Virus genome (UHGV): UHGV-0214728
Source of the DNA: a virus
Direction: 5' to 3' (one strand)
DNA: 37,820 bases
Both the position numbers and the translations under genes were made by a program. Every line of letters starts with the position of its first letter. The first letter of the stretch is position 1. Under the pieces are notes generated by a model. The model saw only the letters and a program-made list of their open reading frames with translations. It was not told where the DNA came from and did no database searches. Shown here piece after piece: positions 25,060-35,088 of this stretch.

Positions 25060-25403
25060 CAGAGGATGATCTCTATGACCTGCTGTCGACGCTGGCAGAC
25101 GGGCGGGTTTATCCGTATGTGGTGCCGCTAGGCAGCGACGGACTTCCTGCAGTTTCCACTCCCTATGTCATTTTCTCGATACCGACTGATGTTGCCGGGG
25201 ATGTTTTCTGCGGCCAGGCAGAGTCGACACTGCGCATTCAGGTTGATGTATGGGCTGAAACGAATGACGAAGCCAGAGCGTTACGCCTGGACGCCCTGGC
25301 TCGCCTGCAGGTACTTTCACCTGTCGAGGTGACAAAAATTCCTGGCTACGACACGACAACCCATCTTCATCGGGCAACCCTCGAAATAACGGTTATTGCC
25401 TGA
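25056..25403 (+). CDS. Tail completion / tail terminator-like protein
   Basis: Protein of 115 aa, immediately upstream of the major tail protein. Confidence 0.5.
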   Translation: MTEDDLYDLLSTLADGRVYPYVVPLGSDGLPAVSTPYVIFSIPTDVAGDVFCGQAESTLRIQVDVWAETNDEARALRLDALARLQVLSPVEVTKIPGYDTTTHLHRATLEITVIA

Positions 25404-25420
25404 CAAAAACCAATCCAATC

Positions 25421-25442
25421 CGACCGCCACTGGCGGTTTTTT
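25421..25442 (+). terminator. Candidate attenuator before the major tail gene
   Basis: GACCGCC-act-GGCGGTT stem followed by TTTTTT. Confidence 0.4.
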
Positions 25443-25459
25443 CATTTATGGAGGCTGCG

Positions 25460-26164
25460 ATGTCAGCACTATTTGAACGTGCCCAAAAAACGGTAGTAAT
25501 GATTACCTCTGTGCCGGTCACCGAGGCAGAGCTGGATACCGCAACCTGGTTAAACCTGAGTTGCACTATCAAACAGGCAAGCTTTACCGCTGGTCAGAAA
25601 AACGATATTGACGTGACAACGCTCTGTTCGGATGAAACGGAAAATATCAACGGCCTTCCTGCTCCGTCTGAAATGTCACTTTCCGGTAACTTCTACCGCA
25701 ACCCGGCGCAGGATGCACTTCGTGCCGCATATGATAACGACGGGGTTTATGGGTTTAAGGTTATTTTCCCGTCTGGTAATGGATTCCTGATGCGCGCTGA
25801 GGTACGACAGCACACCTGGGATTCTCAAACCAATGGCGTGGTTGCTGCAACGTTCTCGCTGCGTCTGAAAGGTAAACCCACCAATATTAACGCCCCAGGA
25901 GTCCTGTCCTTTACTACTGACCTTCCGGCGTCCCAAACGGTCGCGGCAGGAAGCGCCCTGACCATGGGCGTGGTCGTCCAGGGCGGTACGGCACCTTATA
26001 CCTACGCCTGGAAAAAGGGCACCTCGACGGTCAGCGGCCAGACCAGCGCAACGTTTACGAAAGCCAGCGCTGTATCCGGTGATGCCGGGGTTTATTCCTG
26101 CGTGGTTACTGATGCCGATGGCACTGTGATCACTTCTTCTGATTGCACCGTCACCATCAATTAA
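25460..26164 (+). CDS. Major tail protein with a C-terminal Ig-like (Big_2) domain
   Basis: Start placed at ATG 25460 (GGAGG RBS). The C-terminal 'APYTYAWKKGTSTVSGQTSATFTKASAVSGDAGVYSCVVTDADGTV' is a classic Ig-like decoration domain, as on lambda gpV. Confidence 0.75.
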   Translation: MSALFERAQKTVVMITSVPVTEAELDTATWLNLSCTIKQASFTAGQKNDIDVTTLCSDETENINGLPAPSEMSLSGNFYRNPAQDALRAAYDNDGVYGFKVIFPSGNGFLMRAEVRQHTWDSQTNGVVAATFSLRLKGKPTNINAPGVLSFTTDLPASQTVAAGSALTMGVVVQGGTAPYTYAWKKGTSTVSGQTSATFTKASAVSGDAGVYSCVVTDADGTVITSSDCTVTIN

Positions 26165-26194
26165 CGGAGCGCCGGGAGACCGGCGATAAAATTA

Positions 26195-26599
26195 ATGTCA
26201 AAACCGTGTCTTAAAGCACTGGCACTGGCACCGATGGCGGGCTTTCGTAAAAAAGAAGTCTCCGTTCCGGAGTGGGATAACGCCAAAGTCATCATTCGTG
26301 AGCCATCAGCAGAAGCCTGGATTCGCTGGCAGGGCATTGCCAGCCCGGAACCACCCAAACTACCGGAAGGGCAGGAGCCCCAGGAGGCACCAGAACTGAC
26401 CCCTTCAGAACGAGCCTTCCGCACGATGCGGGCCGACGTCACGCTTTTCATCGATATTTTGCTGGATACCGACCTGCATCCCGTCTTTACTGTCGATGAC
26501 ACCGAACAGGTTGAAGCGATCTATGGCCCTGTGCATTCCCGGCTGTTGAAGCAGGCACTTGATCTCATTCGTGACGCGGATGATGCTAAAGCAAAGTAA
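26195..26599 (+). CDS. Tail assembly chaperone (gpG-like)
   Basis: Protein of 134 aa with an acidic C-terminus, directly upstream of a -1-frame ORF and the tape measure gene. Confidence 0.55.
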   Translation: MSKPCLKALALAPMAGFRKKEVSVPEWDNAKVIIREPSAEAWIRWQGIASPEPPKLPEGQEPQEAPELTPSERAFRTMRADVTLFIDILLDTDLHPVFTVDDTEQVEAIYGPVHSRLLKQALDLIRDADDAKAK

Positions 26600-26601
26600 A
26601 A

Positions 26602-26907
26602 ATGCCTGGCATGCAGTTCCTGATGGCGCTGGCGCTCCGGATGGGCCGCACGCTGGGCGAACTGCGACAAACAATGACGGTTGGCGAATTCAGGATGTGG
26701 GCTGAGTACGACCGTATCAGCCCAATCGGCGATATTCGCGGCGATATCCTCAATGCTCAGCTGGTATCTGCGGTTTACGGAGCGCAGGGCGGTAAAGTCA
26801 CCATTGAAGATGCTCAGCTTCAGTGGAGCACAGAAGAGATTGAGGTAAACGACGGCGGCGATCCCTTTGCAGGGCTGGAAGCGGCGCTGCTGGCTGCGTC
26901 AGCATAG
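26602..26907 (+). CDS. gpT-like tail assembly protein, in the -1 frame relative to the chaperone
   Basis: Protein of 101 aa starting 3 nt after the chaperone stop, in the -1 register. No canonical slippery heptamer was seen, so it may be independently initiated. Confidence 0.45.
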   Translation: MPGMQFLMALALRMGRTLGELRQTMTVGEFRMWAEYDRISPIGDIRGDILNAQLVSAVYGAQGGKVTIEDAQLQWSTEEIEVNDGGDPFAGLEAALLAASA

Positions 26908-26980
26908 CCAGTAATAATTCGTGTGGATGCCACTCATAACAGGTGTTATGTTGTTTTTTTTGACACACGGAGTGCTTTAA

Positions 26981-27214
26981 ATGACTACTACTGGCTGGAT
27001 ATTATTATTTGTTTTTGCTCGCCTTATTGATCTTGTTATCTGGTATTTCCTGAACAGAGGAAGCGTAAGAGCTAATGATCAGATCGCTATGCTTAAAGAA
27101 ATCTCTGAAAAGCAAAGTGCTCAAATTGATCTTCTGATTGCACTTGCTCATAAAAAAGAGGAACCAGAAAAAGATTATCTGGAAGAAGCAAGGAAAAAAG
27201 CTGGTTTAATTTAA
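26981..27214 (+). CDS. Moron: small N-terminally membrane-anchored protein of 77 aa
   Basis: About 31% GC. The TM segment is 'GWILLFVFARLIDLVIWYFL', followed by a charged helix. The gene has its own terminator and is inserted between the chaperones and the tape measure gene. Confidence 0.5.
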   Translation: MTTTGWILLFVFARLIDLVIWYFLNRGSVRANDQIAMLKEISEKQSAQIDLLIALAHKKEEPEKDYLEEARKKAGLI

Positions 27215-27230
27215 TAATATTGAAATCATA

Positions 27231-27258
27231 AAAAAGCCCCACAATGTGGGGCTTTTTG
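27231..27258 (+). terminator. Rho-independent terminator after the small moron
   Basis: AAAAAGCCCCA-caatg-TGGGGCTTTTTG. Confidence 0.65.
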
Positions 27259-27274
27259 TTTCTGAGGAAATGAA

Positions 27275-30200
27275 ATGGCAACCCTGCGTGAACTTATCAT
27301 TAAAGTTTCTGCTAACTCTCAGTCATTCCAGACCGAGATAGCCCGCGCGTCACGTATGGGGGCTGATTATTATAAGACAATGCAGAATGGCGGCAGGCAG
27401 GCTGCGGCTTCAGTTCGGGAAACTCGCCGTTCTGTTGCTGAGCTAACTGACCAGATGGAGTCAGCAAAGGCTACCGCACTGGGGTTAACCGGGGCATTTG
27501 CTGGTGCTTTTGCTACGGGGCATTTAATAGCCCTGGCCGATGAATGGAATTCAGTAAACGCCCGCCTAAAACAGGCATCTCAATCAACTGATGATTTTAC
27601 CAGCTCTCAAAAACAGCTGATGGATATCAGTCAGAAAACGGGTACATCTTTTTCTGACAACGCTAATTTATTTTCCCGTTCAGCAGCATCAATGCGGGAA
27701 TATGGTTACAGCTCCAGCCAGGTGCTGGATATTACTGAGGCTATTTCTACTGGTTTAAAACTTTCTGGCGCGAATGCTCAGGAGTCCAGTTCGGTCATCA
27801 CTCAGTTTAGCCAGGCTCTGGCGCAGGGCGTGCTGAGAGGTGAAGAATTCAATGCCGTCAACGAGAGCGGTGACAGGGTTATACGGGCGCTTGCGGCAGG
27901 GATGGGGGTTGCGCGTAAAGACCTTAAATCTATGGCGGATCAGGGGCAGTTAACCATTGATAAAGTAGTGCCAGCCCTCATCAGCCAGCTTGGTAAGCTA
28001 CGGAATGAATATGGTGAATTGCCGCAGACTGTTTCATCGTCGGCAACAAAAGTTGAAAACGCTTTTATGCAATGGGTCGGTGGAGCTAATGAAGCTAGTG
28101 GCGCGACAAATACCTTAACCGGATTACTTGATGGCGTAGCCAACAATATTGATCAGATCGCCACTGCTGCCGGAGCGCTTGTTGCCGTTGGTGCAGCCCG
28201 ATATTTGGGAAATATGGCTCTTGGTGCCAGCTCTGCAACGGCCGGGATTATTAATGCTGCAAAAAGTGAAGTAGCTTTAGCTGAAGCCCAGGTCAGAGGG
28301 ATGCAGGTTTCGACAGCTCGCGCGCGTGCTGCAGTTTATCGTGCTCAGCAGGCACTGGCAGCGGCGCGGGGTACAGACGCGCAGGCCGCTGCAGAAAAAC
28401 GGCTCTCACTGGCGCAGGAGTCACTTAACCGTAATATTCAGGCCAGAGTATCCGCTCAGACTGCGCTGAACTCGGTTACTGCTGTAGGTTCCCGGCTCAT
28501 GGGTGGAGCATTAAGCCTCGTTGGCGGTATTCCAGGGCTGGTTTTGCTTGGTGCCGGTGCCTGGTACACGATGTACCAGAATCAGGAACAGGCCAGATTA
28601 TCCGCTCAGGAATATGCAAACACCATTGATGCAGTCCGTGAAAAGACAAAATCAATGTCCCTGCCCGAAGTTTCTGATAATGAGACCAAAACCCGTCAGG
28701 CGCTGGAGGAGCAAAACCGTCTTGTTGATGCACAGGCATCAAAAGTAAAAAGCCTGAAGGAAGAGATCGCGGGCTATCAGTATGTTCTGTCCAACCCCGG
28801 GCCGACAACCAGTGGCGGTTTCATGATAAACCACCTTACTTCGGTTGAAACGGTCACCCGTAGTCTGGAAGAAGCGACTTCCGCTCTGGCCGTTGAACAG
28901 GAGAGGCTGACTCAGATGCAGGCTAAGTCTGAGTCGATCCAGTCGGTACTGGAAGGGATAGAGAACAGGCGAATAGCATTAATCCGGCAGCAGGCCGCAG
29001 AACAGAATTCAGCATATCAATCGTTATTAATGATGAACGGTGAGCATACTGAATTTAACCGTTTGCTGGGTCTCGGAAATAATCTCCTCATGGCCCGGCA
29101 GGGGCTGGTAAACGCACCACTACGCTTACCGCAGGTAGACCTCACAACCCAGCAAACGGCTGCACTTGAAAAAAGCCGTCGTGATCTGGCGCTTTCAAAA
29201 CTCAAAGGTGAGGACAAAGAGCGCGCACGACTGGGTTATGCTGCGGATGACCTGGGGTTAACTAACGACCCACAGTTTCAGACCGGACGGCAGGAGTTGA
29301 TTAATAACGGCCTGAATGAATGGAGAAACAACCAGGAAAATAAACCCAAGCCAAAAGGAAGGCATGGGAAAACCGAGGCGGAGAAAACCGAAGATACCTA
29401 TACCCGGCTGATTAAACAGCAACGGGAGCAAATTGCTCTTTCCAGCCAAAACACTGAACTGGCAAAGATGAAATATCAGGTTACTCAGGGGGAATTATCT
29501 TCGCTTGAAAAATCCAAAAAGGAAACGTTGCTGCACAATGCGGCGCTTATTGATCAGAAAAATATCGCTGAACAGTTAAAAACATTCCGCGAAGGTCTGG
29601 CCGACAGTAATGCTGCCGCCCGGGAAAGGGGGAATATCGATTTCCTCGGCGCGGGACAGGGGGATAAAGCCCGTGACCGAATGACGGAAATGGCGGATAT
29701 TCGTGCTGATTTTCTCAGGCAGCAGCGTGACTTACAGCGTGATTTCAGTCGTGGGCAGATTTCCGAAGACCTGTATAAAAAGCAAACGGAAGCGCTTAAA
29801 ACAGCGCTTGCCGAACGCCTGGATATTCAGGAGGAGTATTACAAAAAAACCGATGAACAGCAGTCAGACTGGCGCGCGGGGATCAGCGATTCCCTGATGA
29901 ACTATGCCGATCAGGCTTCTGATCTGAGTTCAATGGCTGCCACTGCAACCAGCGAGATTCTGGATGCCACCACTAACTCTATCTCCAACAACCTGACAAA
30001 CGTCCTGACAGGCGCTGCTTCGTTTAAATATGGGATGTCGAATATTTTTTCTTCCCTGGGCGAAACGGTGATTAAGACGCTGATCCAGATGGCAACACAG
30101 GCGTTGATCACTAAAGCGATTATGGCGTCATTTGGCGGCGGAGCGGGTGGGTTGTTCGGTAGTCTTTTTGGCGGTGCCAGCGGTGCGGCAAGTAGTGGTA

Positions 30201-30664
30201 CCGCTATTCAAAGCGCGGGAGCTAATTTTTCATTTAACGCTCTCGGAGGCGTTTACGATTCTCCGTCACTTTCTGCCTACAGCAATGGTGTTTACAGCAC
30301 TCCCCAATATTTTGCGTTTGCGAAAGGTGCGGGTGTATTCGGCGAGGCCGGGCCGGAAGCCATCATGCCGCTTACCCGTGGTGCTGATGGTTCGCTGGGG
30401 GTCAAAGCTGTTGGGCGGGAATCGCCGGCGGTACAGAACGCTGCGAGGCAGCAGCAGGAAAGACAACTTCTTTCAACTGGTGACATCAACGTCAATTACC
30501 ACCTCACTGGTAAACCGGATGATGTGATGATGCAGACATTGGATGCCCACGGCCGCCGCCTGGCTAAACAGATAAAATCTGAACTGACGAGCGACGTAAA
30601 CAATCCTCAAAATGCCTTCGGTAGAGCTCTTTACTCCAACCTTCAGCCCAAAAAACCACGATAA
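27275..30664 (+). CDS. Tail tape measure protein
   Basis: Protein of 1129 aa, Ala/Gln-rich and coiled-coil, with a Gly-rich C-terminal region. It is in the canonical position. Confidence 0.9.
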   Translation: MATLRELIIKVSANSQSFQTEIARASRMGADYYKTMQNGGRQAAASVRETRRSVAELTDQMESAKATALGLTGAFAGAFATGHLIALADEWNSVNARLKQASQSTDDFTSSQKQLMDISQKTGTSFSDNANLFSRSAASMREYGYSSSQVLDITEAISTGLKLSGANAQESSSVITQFSQALAQGVLRGEEFNAVNESGDRVIRALAAGMGVARKDLKSMADQGQLTIDKVVPALISQLGKLRNEYGELPQTVSSSATKVENAFMQWVGGANEASGATNTLTGLLDGVANNIDQIATAAGALVAVGAARYLGNMALGASSATAGIINAAKSEVALAEAQVRGMQVSTARARAAVYRAQQALAAARGTDAQAAAEKRLSLAQESLNRNIQARVSAQTALNSVTAVGSRLMGGALSLVGGIPGLVLLGAGAWYTMYQNQEQARLSAQEYANTIDAVREKTKSMSLPEVSDNETKTRQALEEQNRLVDAQASKVKSLKEEIAGYQYVLSNPGPTTSGGFMINHLTSVETVTRSLEEATSALAVEQERLTQMQAKSESIQSVLEGIENRRIALIRQQAAEQNSAYQSLLMMNGEHTEFNRLLGLGNNLLMARQGLVNAPLRLPQVDLTTQQTAALEKSRRDLALSKLKGEDKERARLGYAADDLGLTNDPQFQTGRQELINNGLNEWRNNQENKPKPKGRHGKTEAEKTEDTYTRLIKQQREQIALSSQNTELAKMKYQVTQGELSSLEKSKKETLLHNAALIDQKNIAEQLKTFREGLADSNAAARERGNIDFLGAGQGDKARDRMTEMADIRADFLRQQRDLQRDFSRGQISEDLYKKQTEALKTALAERLDIQEEYYKKTDEQQSDWRAGISDSLMNYADQASDLSSMAATATSEILDATTNSISNNLTNVLTGAASFKYGMSNIFSSLGETVIKTLIQMATQALITKAIMASFGGGAGGLFGSLFGGASGAASSGTAIQSAGANFSFNALGGVYDSPSLSAYSNGVYSTPQYFAFAKGAGVFGEAGPEAIMPLTRGADGSLGVKAVGRESPAVQNAARQQQERQLLSTGDINVNYHLTGKPDDVMMQTLDAHGRRLAKQIKSELTSDVNNPQNAFGRALYSNLQPKKPR

Positions 30665-30684
30665 CCTGCCCGGAGGGAATATTC

Positions 30685-31158
30685 ATGGCAGATATTTTCT
30701 ACCCGGACGAATACCTGCCCATGCCGCTTATGGACGGGTACGGGTTTAAGCCCATATCACCTTTGCTGCGAACGGAGATGACGTCCGGTCGCGCTCAACA
30801 ACGAAGGCGATATACCTCAACACCCACCCAGGCATCGGTTAAATGGATTTTTAAAACTGATGCTCTGGCGCAGGTGTTTGAGGCGTTTTTCAGGGATGCG
30901 CTTAAAGATGGCCAGTCCTGGTTCTATCTGAAACTCCAGACTCCCATCGGGGTAAAGCCCTATAAAGCCAGGTTCGTGGATATTTACGAAGGGCCGACGC
31001 TGGTCGCGCCAAAATACTGGCAGTACAGCGCAACGCTGGAATTATGGGAGCGCCCGTTACCGCCTTCTGGCTGGGGGAATTACCCGGAATGGCTGGCGGG
31101 CCAGTCGTTACTGGATATTGCGCTAAACAGAGAGTGGCCGAAGCATGACAATTCTTGA
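30685..31158 (+). CDS. Minor tail protein (lambda gpM-like)
   Basis: Protein of 157 aa. Its 'DGYGFKP...YTSTP...FYLKLQTP' pattern resembles lambda M (GDGYSQ...YSVTL...FLWTPP). Confidence 0.45.
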   Translation: MADIFYPDEYLPMPLMDGYGFKPISPLLRTEMTSGRAQQRRRYTSTPTQASVKWIFKTDALAQVFEAFFRDALKDGQSWFYLKLQTPIGVKPYKARFVDIYEGPTLVAPKYWQYSATLELWERPLPPSGWGNYPEWLAGQSLLDIALNREWPKHDNS

Positions 31159-31621
31159 GCGGCTATATGCCAGCAGCGGATCGGAGGTTATTCACGATAC
31201 GCTGCAGATATCGGCAGGAGATGATAACTACTGGCTAACCAGTGGCTGGGATGACGTTTCAGTGACGCTGGAAAATGGTCAGCCGGTGACGTTTGATGCC
31301 AGCGCGATAGATATCGCCTTACCAGCCAGGAACGCCGATGGGACACAGGATTTAAAGTTTGCTATCAGCAATATTGACGGACGGGTTTCAGAGGCGATCG
31401 ATAAAATTCTGGATGAAATGAAATCAGCCACGCTGACATTCCGGCGGTACATTTCATCCGATCTGTCTGCTCCGGCATCATCACCGTATACGCTCGATAT
31501 CAAATCCGGCTCCTGGACCCCGACAGCAGTTCAGGTCACGGCAGGCTATATGAATGTCCTCAAAACAGCCTGGCCCCGTAAACGTTACAACCTCGCCGAG
31601 CATCCGGGCTTACGTTACTAA
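31145..31621 (+). CDS. Minor tail protein (lambda gpL N-terminal-domain-like, lacking the Cys-rich C-terminus)
   Basis: Protein of 158 aa. 'NGQPVTFDA...FAISNIDGRVS...ATLTFRRYI' parallels lambda L 'GEPVTWQG...LTVSNLYG...GGTVVRRKV'. Confidence 0.45.
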   Translation: MTILERLYASSGSEVIHDTLQISAGDDNYWLTSGWDDVSVTLENGQPVTFDASAIDIALPARNADGTQDLKFAISNIDGRVSEAIDKILDEMKSATLTFRRYISSDLSAPASSPYTLDIKSGSWTPTAVQVTAGYMNVLKTAWPRKRYNLAEHPGLRY

Positions 31622-31633
31622 TCTGAGGCAAAT

Positions 31634-32014
31634 ATGTTTAATCCTGATAAATACCGTTCTGTTAAATGGCAGAAGGGCGGTAGAGCCTACCCGCTACTCG
31701 ACTGCTTCGGCATTGTGAATGAAATACGCAGCGACCTGGGGCTACCTGAATGGCCGGATTTTGCAGGTGTGACCAAAGACGGCGGGGGCCTCGACCGGGA
31801 AGCGAGAAAGCTGATGCTTTCGCTGAAACGTTGTGAACCCTGTGAAGGTGCCGGAGTGGCTTGCTATTCGGGCTCAACAGTTTCCCATGTCGGGATCGTT
31901 GTAATGCTCGATAACCAGCTGCAGGTCGCGGAATGCAATCCAGGCTCGGGGGTTACGTTTCTGCCACTGTCGCGATTTATCCGCCGCTTTAACCGCGTGG
32001 AGTTCTGGCAATGA
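31634..32014 (+). CDS. NlpC/P60-family tail protein (gpK-like)
   Basis: Protein of 126 aa with Cys in 'LLDCFGIV' and His in 'SHVGIVV', matching the NlpC/P60 catalytic pair. Confidence 0.5.
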   Translation: MFNPDKYRSVKWQKGGRAYPLLDCFGIVNEIRSDLGLPEWPDFAGVTKDGGGLDREARKLMLSLKRCEPCEGAGVACYSGSTVSHVGIVVMLDNQLQVAECNPGSGVTFLPLSRFIRRFNRVEFWQ

Positions 32015-35000
32015 CGATAAAGTTTTACCCGTCCCGGCTTCCGGGTGAACCCCTTGAAACGCACGAGCATGGTGTGCTGACGCTGCATGAGTGGATGAGC
32101 AGAAATGTCCCGAGCTATTCACAGGATAAAACTCATCCTGTCGTGATCGAGCTGAACGGCCAGGCAGTCCCCCCGGCGGAATGGCCGTTATGTTTGTTGC
32201 GGCCAGACAGCGACGTGCGGATATATCCCATTCCGTATGGCACGGGTCTTGAAATTGCCGCGTGGGTTTCGGTGGCCGTATCCATTGCGTCTACGGCCTA
32301 TGCATTATTCTTTGCCCCTAAACCAGAGCTGGGCGGCTTTTCATCCAGTAACGCTTCATCGCTGGATCTGAATCCGGCTAAAGCCAACACAGCGAAGCTT
32401 GGCGATCCCGTTAGGGAGGCTTTCGGGCGAAACCGGATCTACCCGGATTACCTGGTACAGCCGGTAACGCGATTCGACCCCGCTGATCCAACCAGAATGA
32501 CGGTCGAAATGTTTGTCTGCCTTGGATATGGGCGTTTCTCCTATACCGGTGGGGATTTTCGGGTAGGAGAAACTCCGGCGCTGACCTTAGGCGAGGGCTT
32601 TTCATATAAAAGCTATGGGCCTGGCGATAATGTGGCCGGGGATCGTCGCAGTGAGATATGGTTCAACTCAACGGAAGTTGGGGGAACGTCGAGCGGCAGC
32701 GGCCTCGATATGGCTCAGACTGCCCCTGAAGCCAGTGATATTGTTGCTGATGCCATGACCGTCAGCGGTGCCTCTGTCTCGTTTTCTGGCCTCGATGTCG
32801 ATGATGATAATGATGAAGACGAGGATGAGAACAAACTTCCTCCTGGCTGGATCGCCGGTGCAATTGTCACCCTGAAAGCGCCAGTGAATTATCAGGTATC
32901 CATCGAGGGCGGTTTTAACGTGCTGACAGGCGACGTCGTGTCAGAGATTGCGCCATTCAGCGGAATGCCTGTCACCCTAACGTTTAACGGTACTGACTAT
33001 GATCTGCAGATCTCCACGTATATCCGTCACCAGGACGCCGTTCCGGGAACAGGGGGAGCGACTGCGGTATTACGCGCCAGTGCGTCGCCGTCAACGTATG
33101 ACTTTACGACAACCAGCCAGACCTTTGCTCTGACCTGGCAGGGTATCACCTATACCATATCTCTGGTCGCCAACTACGGCACAATGTCTGGCTTGCTCAC
33201 AGCGATTAATGGCGGGTTGAATGGTTCGGGGCTCATTGCTCAGGATGATGGCGGCGTGATACGTATCGTCGAGATCTCCAGCCCCTGGCGTGGCGGTTCC
33301 CTTACGTCATCTTTCCTGCCTGCGTCAGTATTTGGTGACAGCCCGGTATTTACTGCTGGTGCAGCCTCCAGCGGCGGAAGCCCTGCGGTAACAGCCAGCG
33401 TCACGCTGGCATACGATTCTGGCACTGCCTTTTCCGGATTGCCGGAAGGCACCCAGCGGATTTCCCTGGCGCACCGTGGCAACGAATACCAGATAGCGTC
33501 TACTGATGGTCCCTCTGCGACCGTACAGCGTGTGGTTAACGGTGTCGTTGACAGCACCTGGTCAGGCTTTATGACCCGTACCGTCGTGGATTTTGCCGCG
33601 TCTGGTATTAACGATAATGAAACCTGGCTCGGCCCCTTTCTGGCCTGCCCGCAAAATGAAGTTGTGGACGCCTTCGAGGTCAACTTTGCTTTCCCAAACG
33701 GAATTTGCGGGTTCCAGAACAACGGGAATAAGCGGGTCCGCCATGTCGAGTATGAAATCCAGTATCGCGTTTATGGTTCCGGATCAGGGTGGACGAGTAA
33801 GCCAGGGGTTTACGCGCTTAAAAACATTAATGGCCTCGGTTTTACAGAGCGTTTTGATCTGTCCTCTCCTGGGCTGGTGGAGGTTCGATGCCGCCGCCGT
33901 AATGAGCAGGGGAGCAACAACGCGAGAGACAGCATGTTCTGGCAGGCGCTCAGAGGTCGTTTGCTTTCCCGTCCGACCTCCTACGCAGGGATATCAACAA
34001 TAGGGATCACGGTTGAAACCGGTGGCCAGCTGGCGGCGCAGTCAGACAAGCGTGTGAGTGTTGTCGCCACGCGAAATTATGATGGCGGTGGTGACAGGAC
34101 AATCAGCGGTGCGTTCCTGCATCTTGCCCGCAGTCTGGGATATCGCGACGACCAGATCGACATTGCGGCACTCAGTACGCTGGAGGAGACCTACTGGACG
34201 CCAAGGGGAGAATATTTTGATCACCAGGCAAGCAGTGACAGCACGTCAGCAAAGGATATTTTCGACAAAATTGCAGAGGCTGGCATGGGGTATTTTCTGC
34301 TGTCTGACGGGTTGCTTTCTGTCGGAAGAGAGGGCGTCAAAAGCTGGACAGGGATCATTACTCCTCAGGATACCGTCGAGGAAATGCAGACGTCATTCAG
34401 GGTCCCGTCGGAGGATGATTTTGATGGCGTGGATGTGAAATATATCAACCCTGTGACCTGGGCGGAGGAAACCGTACAGTGCCGGACGCCGGAAAATCCT
34501 TTTCCGCGCAAAACGGAGGCATACACCATTGATGTTGCCATGACTGCAGATCGCGCCTGGCGTATCGGGATGCGTCGGTTAATGAAATATCTCCACCAAC
34601 GCCGAACGTATACGGCTACGACTTCAATGCTGGGATGGTGTCATGACTTCGGTGATCACATCATTTTGTCCGACGACATTCCAACCGGGAAAACCCAAAG
34701 TTGCTTGATTGACGCGATGATTTACGACTTCCAGGAAATTACGCTGCACGTCACGGAGCCACTGGACTGGAGCTACGCGAATCCTCGCTGCTGGATACAG
34801 TTTCAGGACGGTCGACCATCATCGCGAATGCTCACGCCGCAACGGGTAGATGATTTCACGCTGACGGTGCCGTACAACGACGACCTGCATCCCGGCGACT
34901 GGATTATGGACGACCCAGATATTGATCTGCCGAAGTTATTGTTCTGCGACAGTGAAAAGGGTGCGCGGCATGGGATAGTCCAGGAGGTTGCCCCATCGGG

Positions 35001-35088
35001 TGACAGCAACTGTCAGATTACTGCACCTGAATATAAAGAAATTTTCTACCAGTACGACGACGCCACATACCCCGGCGACGTCGCCTAA
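32011..35088 (+). CDS. Tail tip / host specificity protein (gpJ-like) with an N-terminal gpI-like domain
   Basis: Protein of 1025 aa. The N-terminus carries a gpI-like hydrophobic segment and 'SSLDLNPAKANTAKLGDPVREAFGRNRI' (compare lambda I 'SSLDNMVAQGNVLPVLYGEMRV'). There is an acidic tract, DVDDDNDEDEDEN. Confidence 0.65.
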   Translation: MTIKFYPSRLPGEPLETHEHGVLTLHEWMSRNVPSYSQDKTHPVVIELNGQAVPPAEWPLCLLRPDSDVRIYPIPYGTGLEIAAWVSVAVSIASTAYALFFAPKPELGGFSSSNASSLDLNPAKANTAKLGDPVREAFGRNRIYPDYLVQPVTRFDPADPTRMTVEMFVCLGYGRFSYTGGDFRVGETPALTLGEGFSYKSYGPGDNVAGDRRSEIWFNSTEVGGTSSGSGLDMAQTAPEASDIVADAMTVSGASVSFSGLDVDDDNDEDEDENKLPPGWIAGAIVTLKAPVNYQVSIEGGFNVLTGDVVSEIAPFSGMPVTLTFNGTDYDLQISTYIRHQDAVPGTGGATAVLRASASPSTYDFTTTSQTFALTWQGITYTISLVANYGTMSGLLTAINGGLNGSGLIAQDDGGVIRIVEISSPWRGGSLTSSFLPASVFGDSPVFTAGAASSGGSPAVTASVTLAYDSGTAFSGLPEGTQRISLAHRGNEYQIASTDGPSATVQRVVNGVVDSTWSGFMTRTVVDFAASGINDNETWLGPFLACPQNEVVDAFEVNFAFPNGICGFQNNGNKRVRHVEYEIQYRVYGSGSGWTSKPGVYALKNINGLGFTERFDLSSPGLVEVRCRRRNEQGSNNARDSMFWQALRGRLLSRPTSYAGISTIGITVETGGQLAAQSDKRVSVVATRNYDGGGDRTISGAFLHLARSLGYRDDQIDIAALSTLEETYWTPRGEYFDHQASSDSTSAKDIFDKIAEAGMGYFLLSDGLLSVGREGVKSWTGIITPQDTVEEMQTSFRVPSEDDFDGVDVKYINPVTWAEETVQCRTPENPFPRKTEAYTIDVAMTADRAWRIGMRRLMKYLHQRRTYTATTSMLGWCHDFGDHIILSDDIPTGKTQSCLIDAMIYDFQEITLHVTEPLDWSYANPRCWIQFQDGRPSSRMLTPQRVDDFTLTVPYNDDLHPGDWIMDDPDIDLPKLLFCDSEKGARHGIVQEVAPSGDSNCQITAPEYKEIFYQYDDATYPGDVA

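Noticed and set aside
26981-27214. The small tail-region moron considered as a Cor-like FhuA-blocking lipoprotein
   Set aside because: It has no Cys and no lipobox. It has an N-terminal TM anchor and no signal peptide.
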